DNA from: Botryllus schlosseri
Taxonomy: Eukaryota
NCBI GenBank assembly: GCA_051294905.1
Contig: CM119378.1
Span: 3,598,001 to 3,662,000 of the forward strand
Direction of reading: 5' to 3'
DNA: 64,000 nt
Of the stretch, positions 25,990 to 38,644 are shown piece by piece; within the stretch, counting starts at the first letter, position 1, and each line of letters opens with the position of its first letter. The notes under the pieces were generated by a model. That model saw only the letters and a program-made list of their open reading frames with translations, had not been told where the DNA came from and made no database searches. Both the position numbers and the translations under genes were made by a program.

Positions 25990-27057
25990 AAGGGATCTCA
26001 AACTCAAATGTGCTCGCGGGCCAATTTCCTAGTTTTTGATGACGCCGGGTGCCGCAGCATCAATAATAGGGGTAACCAATGTATTTCCAAGTAGGCCTTA
26101 TTTGACGGGACCTTGTAGACTCGCATTCCACACACATCGTTAGAATGTGATGTACTATCGTAATATTCACACCTGGCACGAAAAAAAAACATTTTTAAAT
26201 ATTTGAATAAAATGTTGTTGTACTAGCCATAACTTGTCAAAAGGGAACAAATGCATCATGATATCGTAGAAGCTGTCGCGTTTCAATTTTGCAGCTAGCG
26301 GACATTTGACGTGCCACAATTATAGGTATAATATTTTAGAATTTAATAAAGTTTTATCTGATGTCAGATCAGTTGATCAGTGAAACCCAATCCAGGGTCT
26401 CGGGCATACTCCTGATAAGTATAAGCCATTTTTTATGTTATTGCCAAAGTCAAATTTAATCGGCGTTAGATTTACCTACGAATATTGGAACAGATAAATA
26501 ACAACATAAATACATCAAGGAGGCAACAGAATGCGACTGGTTACCGTACCGACCTTCTTAGATAACGAAATCCGCTACGCTACGCAACGCCCGCCACGAT
26601 TTTTTGATAAATTACTATTCCTCATGACAGATTGCTTGTTTGTTGCGTCCTTGGCTTTACGAACTTGCGGCGTTCCAAGTCACAAGTCCTTCTCTGATGT
26701 TAACGTTTGAACCGACTCAACTCGAGTCATTTTCATTTTATTAATTCTACGAAAGATCGCGCATAACTCGAAATCACAATTTTTAGTAGCGAATCAATTT
26801 CGGGTCACGTTTTATCACCATGAGCAAGTAATGTGACGCATTAGCAGATCTTCCACCAGGGTAACTCTTGAAAGTGTTGCGATATTGAAGTTTGATGAGT
26901 AGTTAAAGGTTTTTGAAGCAGTTTTGGAGTTAATATTAAGTACTCAAATCTAAAAAAAAGATATGTGACTGTTAAATATTATCGAATTCTTGAAAATCCA
27001 AAATGCCGACGCCGGCCGCACAAAACGTTTTCGCGGGCCGCATGTTTGAGACCCCTG
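25990..27057. mobile_element. Non-autonomous hAT element
   Basis: AGGGATCTCAAAC / GTTTGAGACCCCTG termini; degenerate TSD TATTAAAG / CATTAGAG. Confidence 0.75.
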
Positions 27058-27602
27058 CATTAGAGGATGAAGTGGAATAAGTTATTTCGCTGCAGAGCGT
27101 GACGTTTTGAGTTTCTGGTGAAGAGAACATCGTTCTCCTCGTCTAAAGGTTGCTGTTGGAGAACTCGTAGGCATGAATGCAACATCAGCTCCACCGGAAA
27201 GAGTTTTCACCCATGCCAGAGAACTGTATAGTGCAGAGGTCTCAAACTCAAATGTGCTCGCGGGCCAGTTTTCCAGTTTTGACGACGCCGCGGGCCGCAG
27301 CATTTATAGGGGTATTCTATGTCTTTCCAAGTATGCCTTATTTGGCGTTATGGAATTGTCCTATTGAAAGTGAGCCGATCCAGCAGACTGACAGTAAACA
27401 CACTCCTGTATCAATTTAGGCCTGGCACGAAAAAAATCATCACATTTATAACTATTTGAATAGAATTGTTGTTGTACTTGATATAAATTAATTATAAGAT
27501 ATAGACACCATATGGGCGGACAAATGTATGATGCCATCATTAAAGCTATCGGGTTATAATTTTGCAGGTACTATGAATATTTTGAATTTAACCGATTGAT
27601 AA

Positions 27603-29582
27603 CACCGTGTTACACGTCTTTTGTTCCCGGGTTCTAATTGATATTTCCTGATCACTCTCACCGAGAAACTTTCAAAAATCATTATAGTTCAATCCAAACT
27701 TTGATTTTGTGGTTAGGCGAGTGATTTTTTGAATTTGTTAGTATGTGCAATATTGTGCATGGTTATGCTGATTTACCGTATAAGAAATTGATATTTACCA
27801 AACTGTATTTGATCGCTGGTACATGGTACATGGAAATGTGCACATAACTGTATTAATTGTATCCGAATCAATGTTAAATGCAAAACTAAATGAATATTTC
27901 AGGCTCAAACAGTTCAAGTATAAAATCAGTTAAAAATGGGATGTTTCGCTGGATTTCATCCTGTAACACGATTTTTGTTCCCAAGTTTTTATTGATATTT
28001 CCTTCCAAAAGTCAATATAGCTCATTCCAAACATTGATTTTGTGGTTGAGAGAGTAATATTTTTAATTTGCTGGCATGTGCAATATTGTGCATGGTTATA
28101 CTGATCAGCCCAATAGGAAATGGATATTTACCAAACTGTCTTTGATCGCTGCAAGTCCATATTTAATTGCTTGGCATCGACTAAGAAGTTATATTCTATA
28201 AATGTATTTACTAAATATTCTAACGAGTAAGTCGTAGGCTGTCGATTGCCTTTTCACAAAGCAAATTAGAACAAACTTTTGGCTATTTTTCTGTTTGGTA
28301 TAGGGTTAATTCTGACTTTGCATATTAATAGGCAACGAATTAGAACTTTTGTTATTAAAATCAAATCACAAAGCACAGGCATTTGGTACATGGAAATTTG
28401 CACATAAATGTCTTAACTGTATCGGAATCAATACCATCGTTAAATGCAAAACTAAATAAATATTTCAGGCTAAAACAGTTCGAGTATAAAATTATTTAAA
28501 ATGGGATGTTTTTCGGGATTTTCTTTTGTACTCTACATCTCTACTTTCCCGCATTAGGGCCAAGACATAATCTCGCATCATGCTTTCATTATATTGCCCT
28601 TGGTATCTCATTTCAAAATCTTTTATGTCTCGATGCAATCGCTCCCCTTTTTCTTCTGAATAAGCCCCCATATTATCTTTGAACTCGTCCCAGTGAGCAT
28701 CAAGCATGTGTAGTTTCATGGACATTCTGCACCCCATGTTTCCATACGACTTTAATAAATTGGCAACGAGTTCGGCATAGTTATATTCCTTATTATTGCC
28801 CAGGAACCTATTCACCACATCTGCAAAACTATCCCAGGCCTTCCTTTCAATATCATCAAGCATTTGGATAAAATCATTCGACTTGAAAATATTTTTAATT
28901 TGTGCGCCAATAAATACACCGCCTTCTACTTTAGCTTCTGATAGTTCAGGAAACAAGTTCAGGAGAAACTGGAATGCGGCACCACCTTTATCCAATGCTT
29001 TCACAAATTGCTTTATAAGGCCAAGTTTTATGTGAAGGGTAGGCATAAGCACTTTGTTTGGGTTAATCAACCAAGTTTGCTTTACGTTTTTCTCTCCAAC
29101 GAAAAATTCGTTTCGTTTTGGCCATATTTGCTTTTTGTAGTGTTCTGTGGTAGCTCTACTATCCCAAAGGCAAAGGTGCCAACGATACTTGGTGAACCCC
29201 TACTTGCATACTCATCAAAAACGCTACCATTTGTAAGTCCCCAATTACTTCCGATTTATATTAAAAAATTATCAATTGCAAATCATAAAATATCAAAACC
29301 TCAAAAATCAACCCTGCAAACAGAAATATCTATAAAATGGCAAATATTGCTGAGTATATTAACATTTAAAAGCAATTGCCATTCATCTCGGTTGCTCTTT
29401 AGCCATATTTTTTATTTCGTTTCTCAAAAATAGTGCGATTTTAGAATTTCATTCTCTAAACCACAAAAGCAAAGTTTATGTGGAATAAACTTGATTTTTG
29501 ACACTTACTGGTCCTAAGCAATGGGGAAAAATTGATTAGAACCTGGGAACAAAAAAAAGTTTTTTGTTGTTGTTACATTGTG
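27603..29582 (-). mobile_element. Chapaev3-like (CMC-related) DNA transposon, internally deleted
   Basis: CAC...GTG termini, TAA 3-bp TSD (27600-27602 and 29583-29585), imperfect TIR including TTTTGTTCCC(A/G)GGTTCTAAT; contains a transposase fragment. Confidence 0.75.
28492..29070 (-). pseudogene. C-terminal fragment of a Chapaev3-like DDE transposase
   Basis: PTLHIKLGLIKQFVKAL...GVFIGAQI...MSMKLHMLDAH...GAYSEEKGERLHRDI...RYQG motif set; N-terminal catalytic region deleted. Confidence 0.8.
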
Positions 29583-29995
29583 TAATAGAGACTGATCTGA
29601 TATCAAAACATTTTTGGGTTGAGCATTGTAATTCCAATCCAGGATTCGGGTATGCTCCTGATTAGTAGGTTATTTATCTCATGGCCAAATATCTTCAAAT
29701 ATATGAGCAGAAAAAAATATATAAAATATGTATATATTAATGAATGTGCCCTAGTGATTGAAATGTCAGAACGCCGAACGGCCCATTGTTGTTACATCGT
29801 TGGAGCGTACCACTACGGTACTCGATACCTTTAAGTAACCTTAAGAACATGGTTTAGCGACCCAGGATGTAACTAACAGATTGCTAATGGTTGCCATAAC
29901 TACTTGCTTAGTTAGCGAAATACCAAGCTACGACCTTCTGATCTGTTACTATTCCCATGATATTCGATTAGTTTGTTGCGTCCATGGTTCTAACA

Positions 29996-31317
29996 CAGTG
30001 GTTCCCAACCTTTTTGTCTTCATTTCCCACTTCAGATTTATTCCGAGCCTTCATTCCCCACCTGGACCGTAACAGTACTTTGCCAGCCTCGCCCACAAAA
30101 CGTTGGTCTTGGTGGGCCCCCAGAACACCCTCAGCCCTGCTGAGCTTGTACGCTTTTCCCCTGCAACTTATCAGTTACATTGGAGCTACTGTTTAGTGCG
30201 TCGCCTTATTTCGACTGAACGCGCGAAGCGCGAAAAATTTATATAACACGTGTTTGAATCGGCCAATATGATCGGGAATTCCATATATTTTGCTATCAAT
30301 GTTTTATCCCCTCTCTGCTCACGTAATCAGATTTGCCGGTAGAGCTAAGTGAGGTGTGTTGGAAAAGGTAGGACCCCTAAATAAGAATCTTCGGGCGGAC
30401 CCGTTGCTGTATTGACTTCGTTACATTATGCTATTTCGTGACCTCCCATCTGCTATGTCAAAAGATATGGAAATCGCCAAAACTAAAAGGCACACACGAT
30501 TTCAATTGGTATTGCTTTACTGGCAAATGATTTTTCCCTGCGGGATTGAATTTGTCATGTGGGGTTCAGATCGCCAGGACAGGAACATTCGGCGCCAGTC
30601 ATTTAGCAAATTGAACATATATGTATATTGTATATACATTGAAGTTTTGGGTCACCACAAGGACATTCCTTCTCGGTCAAGGTCTTCTCGCTGCTGATCG
30701 TTCTGGCACACTTCTCGGAGTGGCATGTTACATGGTCTATGACTTCATATGCCTTGGTGCGTCGTGGCGCAGTAATGGCCGACGCCGAAGTCTCCGTTTC
30801 TATAAATTCTACGTATTTTCGTGGGGAAAGGGTACCCATTACCCAATAATAAGATATTCGGCATTATTAAATCGCAGGGGGGTTTGGGGTGTAGCAGTTA
30901 CGGTCCTGTTCCTCACTACCCAGCTCTTTTGTCATCACAAAGCAACTATTTTCTGGATTGACCACACAAGACACACAACCACACCAGTACGCAAGACAAT
31001 CGCCTATAACTGCAACATAAAACGTATTGTGAACCGACACCAGTAACGCTCAGAATTTTGCGAAAGCGTTCTTCACGTCAAGCTAGTCGTGCTGGATGCG
31101 TTTGTGACGCCATGATTGGCCATACAGAGTTAAAAATGAGGTTTTGTGAACAACACGCAATATGATTTTCGATGCATACATTCCAGAGCATTTAACTGGT
31201 AACGGTAATTGCGTATTTGTCTCCGTGAATATGTAGACTTTCCTCTATATAATTTTGAACAAATGCGTCTATTCCCCACCAGAAACCATTGAATTCCCCA
31301 CCGTTTGGGAACCACTG
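29996..31317. mobile_element. hAT MITE (CAGTGGTTCCCAA family) with a nested CAGGACCG-family MITE at 30062-30908
   Basis: Perfect TSD TTCTAACA; nested element TSD TTCCCCAC / TTCCTCAC; relative at 51091-51943. Confidence 0.88.
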
Positions 31318-32847
31318 TTCTAACACATTCACAGCCTTCCGAGTCACTCCGAGACAACTCGAGTCATTTTCATTTTGCCATCGAGATAGCCCGAGTCTGA
31401 GTAATTCTAAGAAAGGTCGCGTCCAAGTCCAACTCACAAATTTCAGTCACAAATCGTCTAAGGGTCAGGTTTTGTCATCATGAATTGGAAATAAGGCGAA
31501 ATAGTGAATCTTCTACTGCATGGTAGCGTTTGCAATTTATTTGATAGTGATGTTTGATGAATAGATTCAGGCTTCCGGAGCAATTTAAGAGGGAATTTTC
31601 ACTTTATAACTTGAAAAGATATATGCGACACTTATATATTGTCAAATTAAAAAAAATCTAAAATGTCGTCACGGGCCGCATGCGGCCCGCGGGCCTCATG
31701 TTCGAGACCTCTGATTTAGGTGGACAAACATTAACTGCTCTCATGCTTATCGAAATGCCTGTGATTTAATATAAGCTGAACTTAATGTTTTATGTTTTCT
31801 TTCTCATTCACAATTTCATTCAATTTCCAGGTTTTTACGAATTCCGTATTTCTAATTATAATGTAATTTGGAAAAAGCTGTGTAAGTCTAATTCTAAATC
31901 TAATCTAATTTGGAAAAAAATGTGTAGCTCCAATTCTAGTTCTAATCTAATTTGGAAACGACGGTGCAGCTCTAATTCCAATTCTAATATATTTTGGGAA
32001 AAGCTGAAGATTTTCTAGTTGTCCAAGTCTGTGCAAGATATGTGAGTACCAACATTGTGGATCAGATTTATTCACTACTTTGAGTAATTTTCGCACTTCA
32101 GTAGGAATCAAATGCGCGCTGATTTTGATAACATTGACTTTCGCCATTTTGATGTGTAGCGAGCCGATAGACGTAAACAGATAAGTCTTGTGAATCGTGT
32201 GTATAGCCCAGTGACGAAATCCCTCTTAGCATAATGGGGCTTCGCCTCAAGAAGTTGTCTGTTTCGGCCCTGCATGTAGCTGACTTTTCCGTTCTGAGTT
32301 GAAAACTTTCCGGGATTTCATGTCAGATACGAAGAATTGTACGTTATCAGAGAATCACCAACATCGAAACGTAGCCCCAGCTGCGATGGCTAACCGTCAA
32401 CGCTGCACCAAGAGACTCGTTGCCGCACAATTTTGAGGACGAGGGTTTGAAAAATCATGATGCTACTATACATTAATTTATGAGGCTGAATATACCATTT
32501 TCCAGCAAGTTCTTAAAGAGAAAAGAAAATACGCTGATCATTAACACACCATATTACGTTGGTTATGTAAGGCAGGCTCCTTCACGCTCCGTGTGAAGCA
32601 ACTTGTAAGCAAGAAATTACTCCGCAAAACCTGAGCACACTGCCTAGACTTCAACTTGCATTAGAATATTACTTCTCAGAATTTGTTGATCACAACTTTA
32701 GATGGGTGGTTAGTCCATTTGACAGCAACGAATCAAGCCATCTTTCTGCAAATGAACAGCTAATTATTAAATGAATTAAATTACGAATTGGAAATAAATA
32801 CAACAAAATCAAGTCCAGTTCATATCAAATCAGTTCATTGTTATAAG

Positions 32848-33625
32848 TAGGGTGATTTTTTTGACATGTCAAAAAAAGTCAAAATTTTGTCAAAATTGTT
32901 GCATTGGGTCAAAAAATTGTCAAAATTGTTTACAAAGTCAAAAAAATTTTGCAACCTGCATTTCGTTTGTGTCGTACATGTTTGCACTGTCGTTGAACTT
33001 ATCATTTCACAGTGTACATCTTGTAGCCTACTTTATAGGCTTACCGTTGTAGACGGCCATTGTCTGCTCATTGTGAATCATAAATTATCAAATGAAGCAA
33101 ATAGGTTGATATGGTGGTATGCTCAACGTACCGCAATATCCTAACTGCAGCAAGAGTGCGTGGGTATTGGTTCTTACAACAAGAAGCACATGATGAAAAA
33201 TTGTGATGTAGACAACATTGTCAGAATGAAGCAACACGGTGTGTCACCAGCAGTGTACGCACAATTTCAGTGTTGCAAGCCAACAACTGCTGCTATTGAA
33301 AGTTCTTCTTGCATTCTTAGCAAGCTACTTGATAAGGACAGGCACTTACCCGAGAATGTAGGAAAGTATCTTTCGTTGTACTACAACAAATTTCAATAAT
33401 CCTGCCATAATGCGTGATATAATTAATGGAATTCTTCATAGGTCCAGATTTTGTTAAAATAAAGTTTTTTCACGTGAAAATTTGTCAGTTTCGAAGTCAA
33501 AAAGTTTACATGCATGAGGCCAAAATTTTGTCAAAATGAAGTTTTCGGGTCAAAAAATATCAAAGTTTTCATTTTTTAGGTCAAAATCTTCCGTTTTTTT
33601 TTTAGGTAAAAATGAAATCGCCCTA
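32848..33625 (+). mobile_element. Deleted hAT element retaining the transposase C-terminus (33160-33399)
   Basis: TAGGGTGATTT / AAATCGCCCTA termini; TSD GTTATAAG / CTCATAAG (empty site CTCATAAG at ~18014); peptide KPTTAAIESSSCILSKLLDKDRH...ENVGKYL is similar to the hAT dimerisation domain. Confidence 0.75.
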
Positions 33626-35814
33626 CTCATAAGCTATGTGTACAATGTACATCAAGCTTGTCTCGTTTCATACTATTCGGTTCTCTTGTAGTATTTTCAA
33701 GAAAACAAGAAATTGGACTAGCATTAAAATTAGAGCATAGACAAGTCCGCGTATCGAGAGAAAAAAGTTCTCGGAAATTGAGTCCGGTAACCAGCTTCAT
33801 AAAAGCACTCGCGATTGAACCCGCGAGAATATCAACGAATCTGCCGGTGAAGGTCGTGGAAATCTTGTACTCCTCGGCGCCCACGTCGTGTGCAAGATAG
33901 AGCAGAGTCGGGCCAGAGAGTGCACTGTATTATATGCCCCCTTGAGAGACAGGAATTTACTTGTTCGTTGTTGTTTATGGTATTCATATTTTTTTCGACT
34001 ACAATGGCCATTCACACCAGACCGATATTCTGTATTTTGAGTCCGCATCTGCAGACATCTAAAACACCGCTTGCGCGGATCAGTGGGCGAGGACAACTTA
34101 TTAGTACTAGTGTATCTAATGCTAATTATCCCGATGTTTAGCACTTCACGCACCAAGCAGCAGAAAGAACTGGCATTCAATATCACTGGATGAGTGGATA
34201 TAGTCGCAAAAAGATTATAGTACTCTCTGAGTCGAGCTTACATAATCTATGACGTTAGTGAAGGAGACAATATTGCTTCCTATGAGATATTCATATATGC
34301 AGCTCGTCTCTCGAATGGATACTGGTACTGTACAGTATAGTGTACTAAAGGGGCACTGCGCTCTAAAAATGATGTTGTCTCAGATCGAATTAAATGAATT
34401 TTGGATAAGCCCAACTGACGCGACTGCGAATCATCGTTTCTTAACCCGTTGCGATATCTTCACTGTCGCACTTGCTCGGCGCGACCTCCATACTGTAGCT
34501 CAATCTTTATGTATTATATGGTAAACATATGCTGCGACACTCGGTTTGCTTCCATGTGCTACAACAGCACGGACTCTCAATGCCACTTGCAACATAGCCT
34601 ATACATAATCACCATACTGTCGAGCAGACATGGGGTGATTACTTCATGATTGTAATCGATTGCGATTACGATTACTTCTGAATGACGCGATTACGATTAC
34701 GATTACGATTACAGCAAAATCAGGAAGTAGTCGATTACGATTACGATTACATTGGAAAAGTAATCACGATTACTCACGATTACATTTATTTTGTATCTTG
34801 GAAGCTATGTTGGAAGACAATATATGGATTGCGCTGAAGAGGCCTAATGAGATAACAAACTCCCTTTAAAAGAGATGCGTCATTTGCTTGTTACGTCATA
34901 ATGTACCCATTGCCCATTTTTATAGAGTTCAATTTATCGCGCCCAATGATTTGCATTCTTGCCAGGGTCATAATTGCCGCACCCCAAATTTCACAATAGG
35001 GTGGGGAGCGAGCTCGAAGGGGACTCAAAAAGTATTTCGTAAACCAACATAAGTTATAGGGTAGTTTCGTGAGATCTAATTAACTTGAAAACCCTTTCTA
35101 GATCAGTGATTCCCAACCATGGCTCCGAGCTAGCCTACTTGCGGCTCCCATTGACGTTGGAAAATCCTACAAAAATATTATAAAATCAATTTAGAACAAA
35201 CATAAAAATTGATATTCAAAAATTACACTTGCTTGGCTTGGAATCTATATAGAGTTTATAATTAAGGGTGGAGACCAGCAATTCCTTTGCTGTCGAGTAG
35301 CGATTCTCTACTCAGCAACGATTTCGTTACTCGACTCACGTCAAAAAGTATGCTCACACTCAACTGCGTTTGGATCGTCACTCAAATTTAAGTCTGCTCA
35401 TCATCAGACTTAATTAAGTGCAAGTGGTGTTGCAACATGTTTTACAACGCTATCTGACCATCAAACCAATGGATCATCTGACTTGATTGTTAAGTTCAAC
35501 GGCCGCATTGACGGAATGAATGCTTTTTTTCCCCATGATGAAAATGTTTTCATGTCCTATTGTAGTTAATGTGGCCACTGACCACGGTAATTTACAACTT
35601 GAGTTGCTCGACATGCAGTCAGATATAAAGACATGACAATTTGTTTTTGCGTCTCACGAAAGTTTTTCTTCTAGTCTGCTACGCTTGAGCCACTACAATA
35701 TCGTTTGGTTATATAACAAACCGAAGGTCACGAATTAACAACATGCACTACAGTAATTATAACAAGATACCGGAGGTTATAATTATGAATTACGTGCCCC
35801 CAGCTCTACATGTA

Positions 35815-36100
35815 GATAATTGTGTGGCGAGATAGCGCAGTGGTATAATCCACGGCTGCAACGCCATTGGGTTGCGGGTTCGAGTCCGACCGAGGTCGAC
35901 TTCAGAATTCCTTTCTAAGTGTTGGAGGTTTATCTAGGCTCCTCCTCGTCGCCTCATCTGCGTTAGCGGTGTCTTACGATAAGCCTAGAAGTGGGCCGTG
36001 CTACAAGTCGGCAGATGCGGAATCTAAAGTGCAGAAAATCGGTCTGGTGTAACTGACCGTTGTAGTTGACAAACACCAAGATTACCTCAAACAAACAAAC
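35815..36100 (+). mobile_element. Full-length tRNA-derived SINE
   Basis: A box TAGCGCAGTGG, B box GGTTCGAGTCC, (AAAC)3 tail, flanking direct repeat CTCTACA(T/G)GTA. Confidence 0.85.
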
Positions 36101-36565
36101 TCTACAGGTAAATCTGACCATCGGGGGCTGAGGGAGGAATAATCAATAGTAATATAATGTAATTTTCGACGAAATTCAGCCTTCAACTTGCGATTACCAC
36201 TTCATAGGGGACGACTTGCTGTTTTGGTCCTGATTCCAGCTACAACCCACGCTAACATGATATATAAGCCCATGGCCATGGCGGCAGGTCCCAATGTTGA
36301 GTACAGAGTTGTGAAATAACGATTGGCGCCCTTTCAAGTAAAGTCATATGAGAATAAGACGAAGCGAACATAAAATTCTGCCTTCAACTTAATACAGATA
36401 TTGTACTGCAAGCTGCCGTTACGAGAAATGACAAAAACGGCTCGGTTTTTATATATTTATATCACCAGCTGTTGATTTTTACTGCTTCGTTGTGGAAATC
36501 GCAATGTTTTATTTGACGAGAACAAAATTTCAAATCTTTGTCCGGTGTACGTACGTACTAGATAG

Positions 36566-37568
36566 TAGGGATGGTGTGAACCTCTGAAAGGTTCAGGTTC
36601 GTGTGAACGCGAACCTTTTTGAAATGTTCTGTGTGAACGCGAACGTGAAACTTATGACGTCACGTGACGTCATATTGGTCATTTCAACCCTTTAATGCCT
36701 ATATTTATGTATTGTACATGTACAGTGTACACGATACCTAGCGACGAATGGGGCCACATAATGGCATAGTGCTGAAGTGTATATTGACGTTTTAAACGTC
36801 GCCAAATGTATCAACTGAGGCAATCAAATGATATAATAATCCCATAAAATCAATATCTTCCGTCGCTTTGGCAACCAATTCGACGAGGACTTGTCAGGGA
36901 ATATAAGCTTACGCGTTAACGGTCTCGGCCTGACCGAACAATGTATTCGGCGTCTGAGTATTTCTACATGGATATTGAGCAGAGTGTAAAACTGGTTTCT
37001 ATACTTGCTACCAATATGACCCCACTAACAAGTTATACAACAGTAGCCAACAACCGAATCGCACGGATTTGGTTTTTATGATACAGTATACATATGAAGC
37101 CAAGATTGACCCCGTACGCCTGCTAGATTTTTACATCAGAAAACGATATCAATCTCATTGATTGGTTGAATAAGCATTATTCGCTGACTACATGCAATGT
37201 ATTTCGCTCTTGATGTTATGTGAGTTCGGGTCAAGCTCACAGCAAAGAGTCACTAAATATTCACAAACGGAAAGCTATGGATATTTCGAGAAAACTTTTG
37301 TAACAATGCAAGTAAAATTATTGAGAATGTCAAGGTGCATGCTCGTTTAGTGTTGATTTTTTATGCTGCCTGCGCCATGCATAGAGTGGCTCGCAGTTGA
37401 AATGCAATAAATTTGATCCAAAGATGGTATAATGAAGTGAAATGTGCAATATATGAAAAAGGTTCACAGTGCAGAACCTACCAAGGTTCTGTTGTGAACG
37501 CGAACCTCAAAATTTCCAAGGTTCACACACAGAACGCGAACGTGAACCTCACGTTCACACCATCCCTA
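36566..37568. mobile_element. hAT MITE with GTGAAC repeats
   Basis: Perfect TIR TAGGGATGGTGTGAAC; perfect TSD CTAGATAG; partial inverted copy at ~61450-61778. Confidence 0.92.
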
Positions 37569-38199
37569 CTAGATAGGCGTACTGCTCGCCAAGCAGCTAC
37601 GGTCAAATTGCGTTTAACTAAGCATAAGCATAACCAAACATCAACCATACGTTACTATTCGAAACTAGGCAGAGCGGAGATAAATTATACTGCTGCGAGG
37701 TAGTGGCGTGTGGAACGTGTTGATAACCTGATATACAGCACGGCGGGTGTTCTTACAATGACACTAATGTGCGACGCACGTACATCGAATATCTATTTAG
37801 TGTGGATACTTCTTACGCAATGACGCGCAAAGCTGTTAGGCTGGTATAATATCTCTTCCTTGTTCACGAATGTTCAGTTTATGTCATAGTCCTTGCAAAA
37901 ATAAAAAGTAATCGTTCTTTAACAGAAAAATCGATTAGATATGGGAAGTAGTCGATTACGATTACGATTACTTCGGAATTTTTTCGAATGTAATCGATTG
38001 CGATTACGATTACTTGAAAATGCTGTAATCGTCGTAATCGATTACGATTACTAATCGCGATTACCCCATGTCTGCTGTCGAGGCTCTGTTGTACACTACA
38101 GGTACCCTGCTGTGCCAATGCCGTCTGATCGAATGGGGAATTAATATCGATGTATAATTTGTATATTAACGAATGCACAATCCACAAGAATGATATAAC

Positions 38200-38644
38200 T
38201 AGGATTGTGTTTAAAACAAAAATTAATTTAAAACAAAGATGTTAAAACAATGCCCTTATTTAAAACATGTTTTTTTCGAATCCATGGCGTCACGCATATT
38301 GAATTGACGGAATAGTTTTCCAACCCCTGCCTTATACGGACCAAAAATATCTTTAACTTGGACTACGTCGTCTTGCAGCATTTTTACGTCAGCGTTCATC
38401 ATCATCAGAACATTCATTCCGTACCTATGTTCTTTATCTACGTACTGAAGTTGTAGAACCGACTATTTCGAGGGTTCCAACCTTCCCATGTCGTATATAC
38501 GTCGGCTATATCGGGTGGTAATCGTCGTCCGATGTTTTGGAAAGTATTTACACAACATGATTGCAGAACTTGAAAAAAATACTTTTTTTAGGGCCCTAGT
38601 TCAAAACACTGTTTAAACAAAGATTTGTTCTAAGTGCAACCCTG
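38200..38644. mobile_element. hAT MITE, TAGGGTTGCATTTAAAAC family (inverted)
   Basis: Perfect TSD GATATAAC; internal homology to the reverse complement of 50492-51067. Confidence 0.85.

Larger units (their letters stand above)
27234..31713. mobile_element. Second copy of the 25990-27057 hAT family, carrying nested elements
   Basis: CAGAGGTCTCAAAC / GTTCGAGACCTCTG termini; both ends are homologous to 25990-27057; TSD not recognisable. Confidence 0.7.
25800..31770 (+). pseudogene. hAT transposase C-terminal (dimerisation-domain) remnant, fragmented by insertions
   Basis: 27060-27233 translates ...YFAAERDVLSFW*...RLKVAVGELVGMNATSAPPERVFTHARELYS; it resumes after 31713 as LGGQTLTALMLI. The upstream limit is approximate. 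Confidence 0.7.
34625..38074. mobile_element. hAT-type element with (GATTAC)n subterminal arrays
   Basis: TIR CAGACATGGGGT; perfect TSD CTGTCGAG; GATTAC/GTAATC repeats at 34640-34783 and 37950-38063. Confidence 0.9.

Noticed and set aside
34640..34790. GATTAC repeats as a CRISPR-like or regulatory array
   Set aside because: Short tandem subterminal repeats of a TSD-bounded hAT element; no repeat-spacer structure; eukaryotic context.
35826..35900. Possible tRNA gene
   Set aside because: A and B boxes are present but no convincing cloverleaf; it continues into a SINE body and tail.
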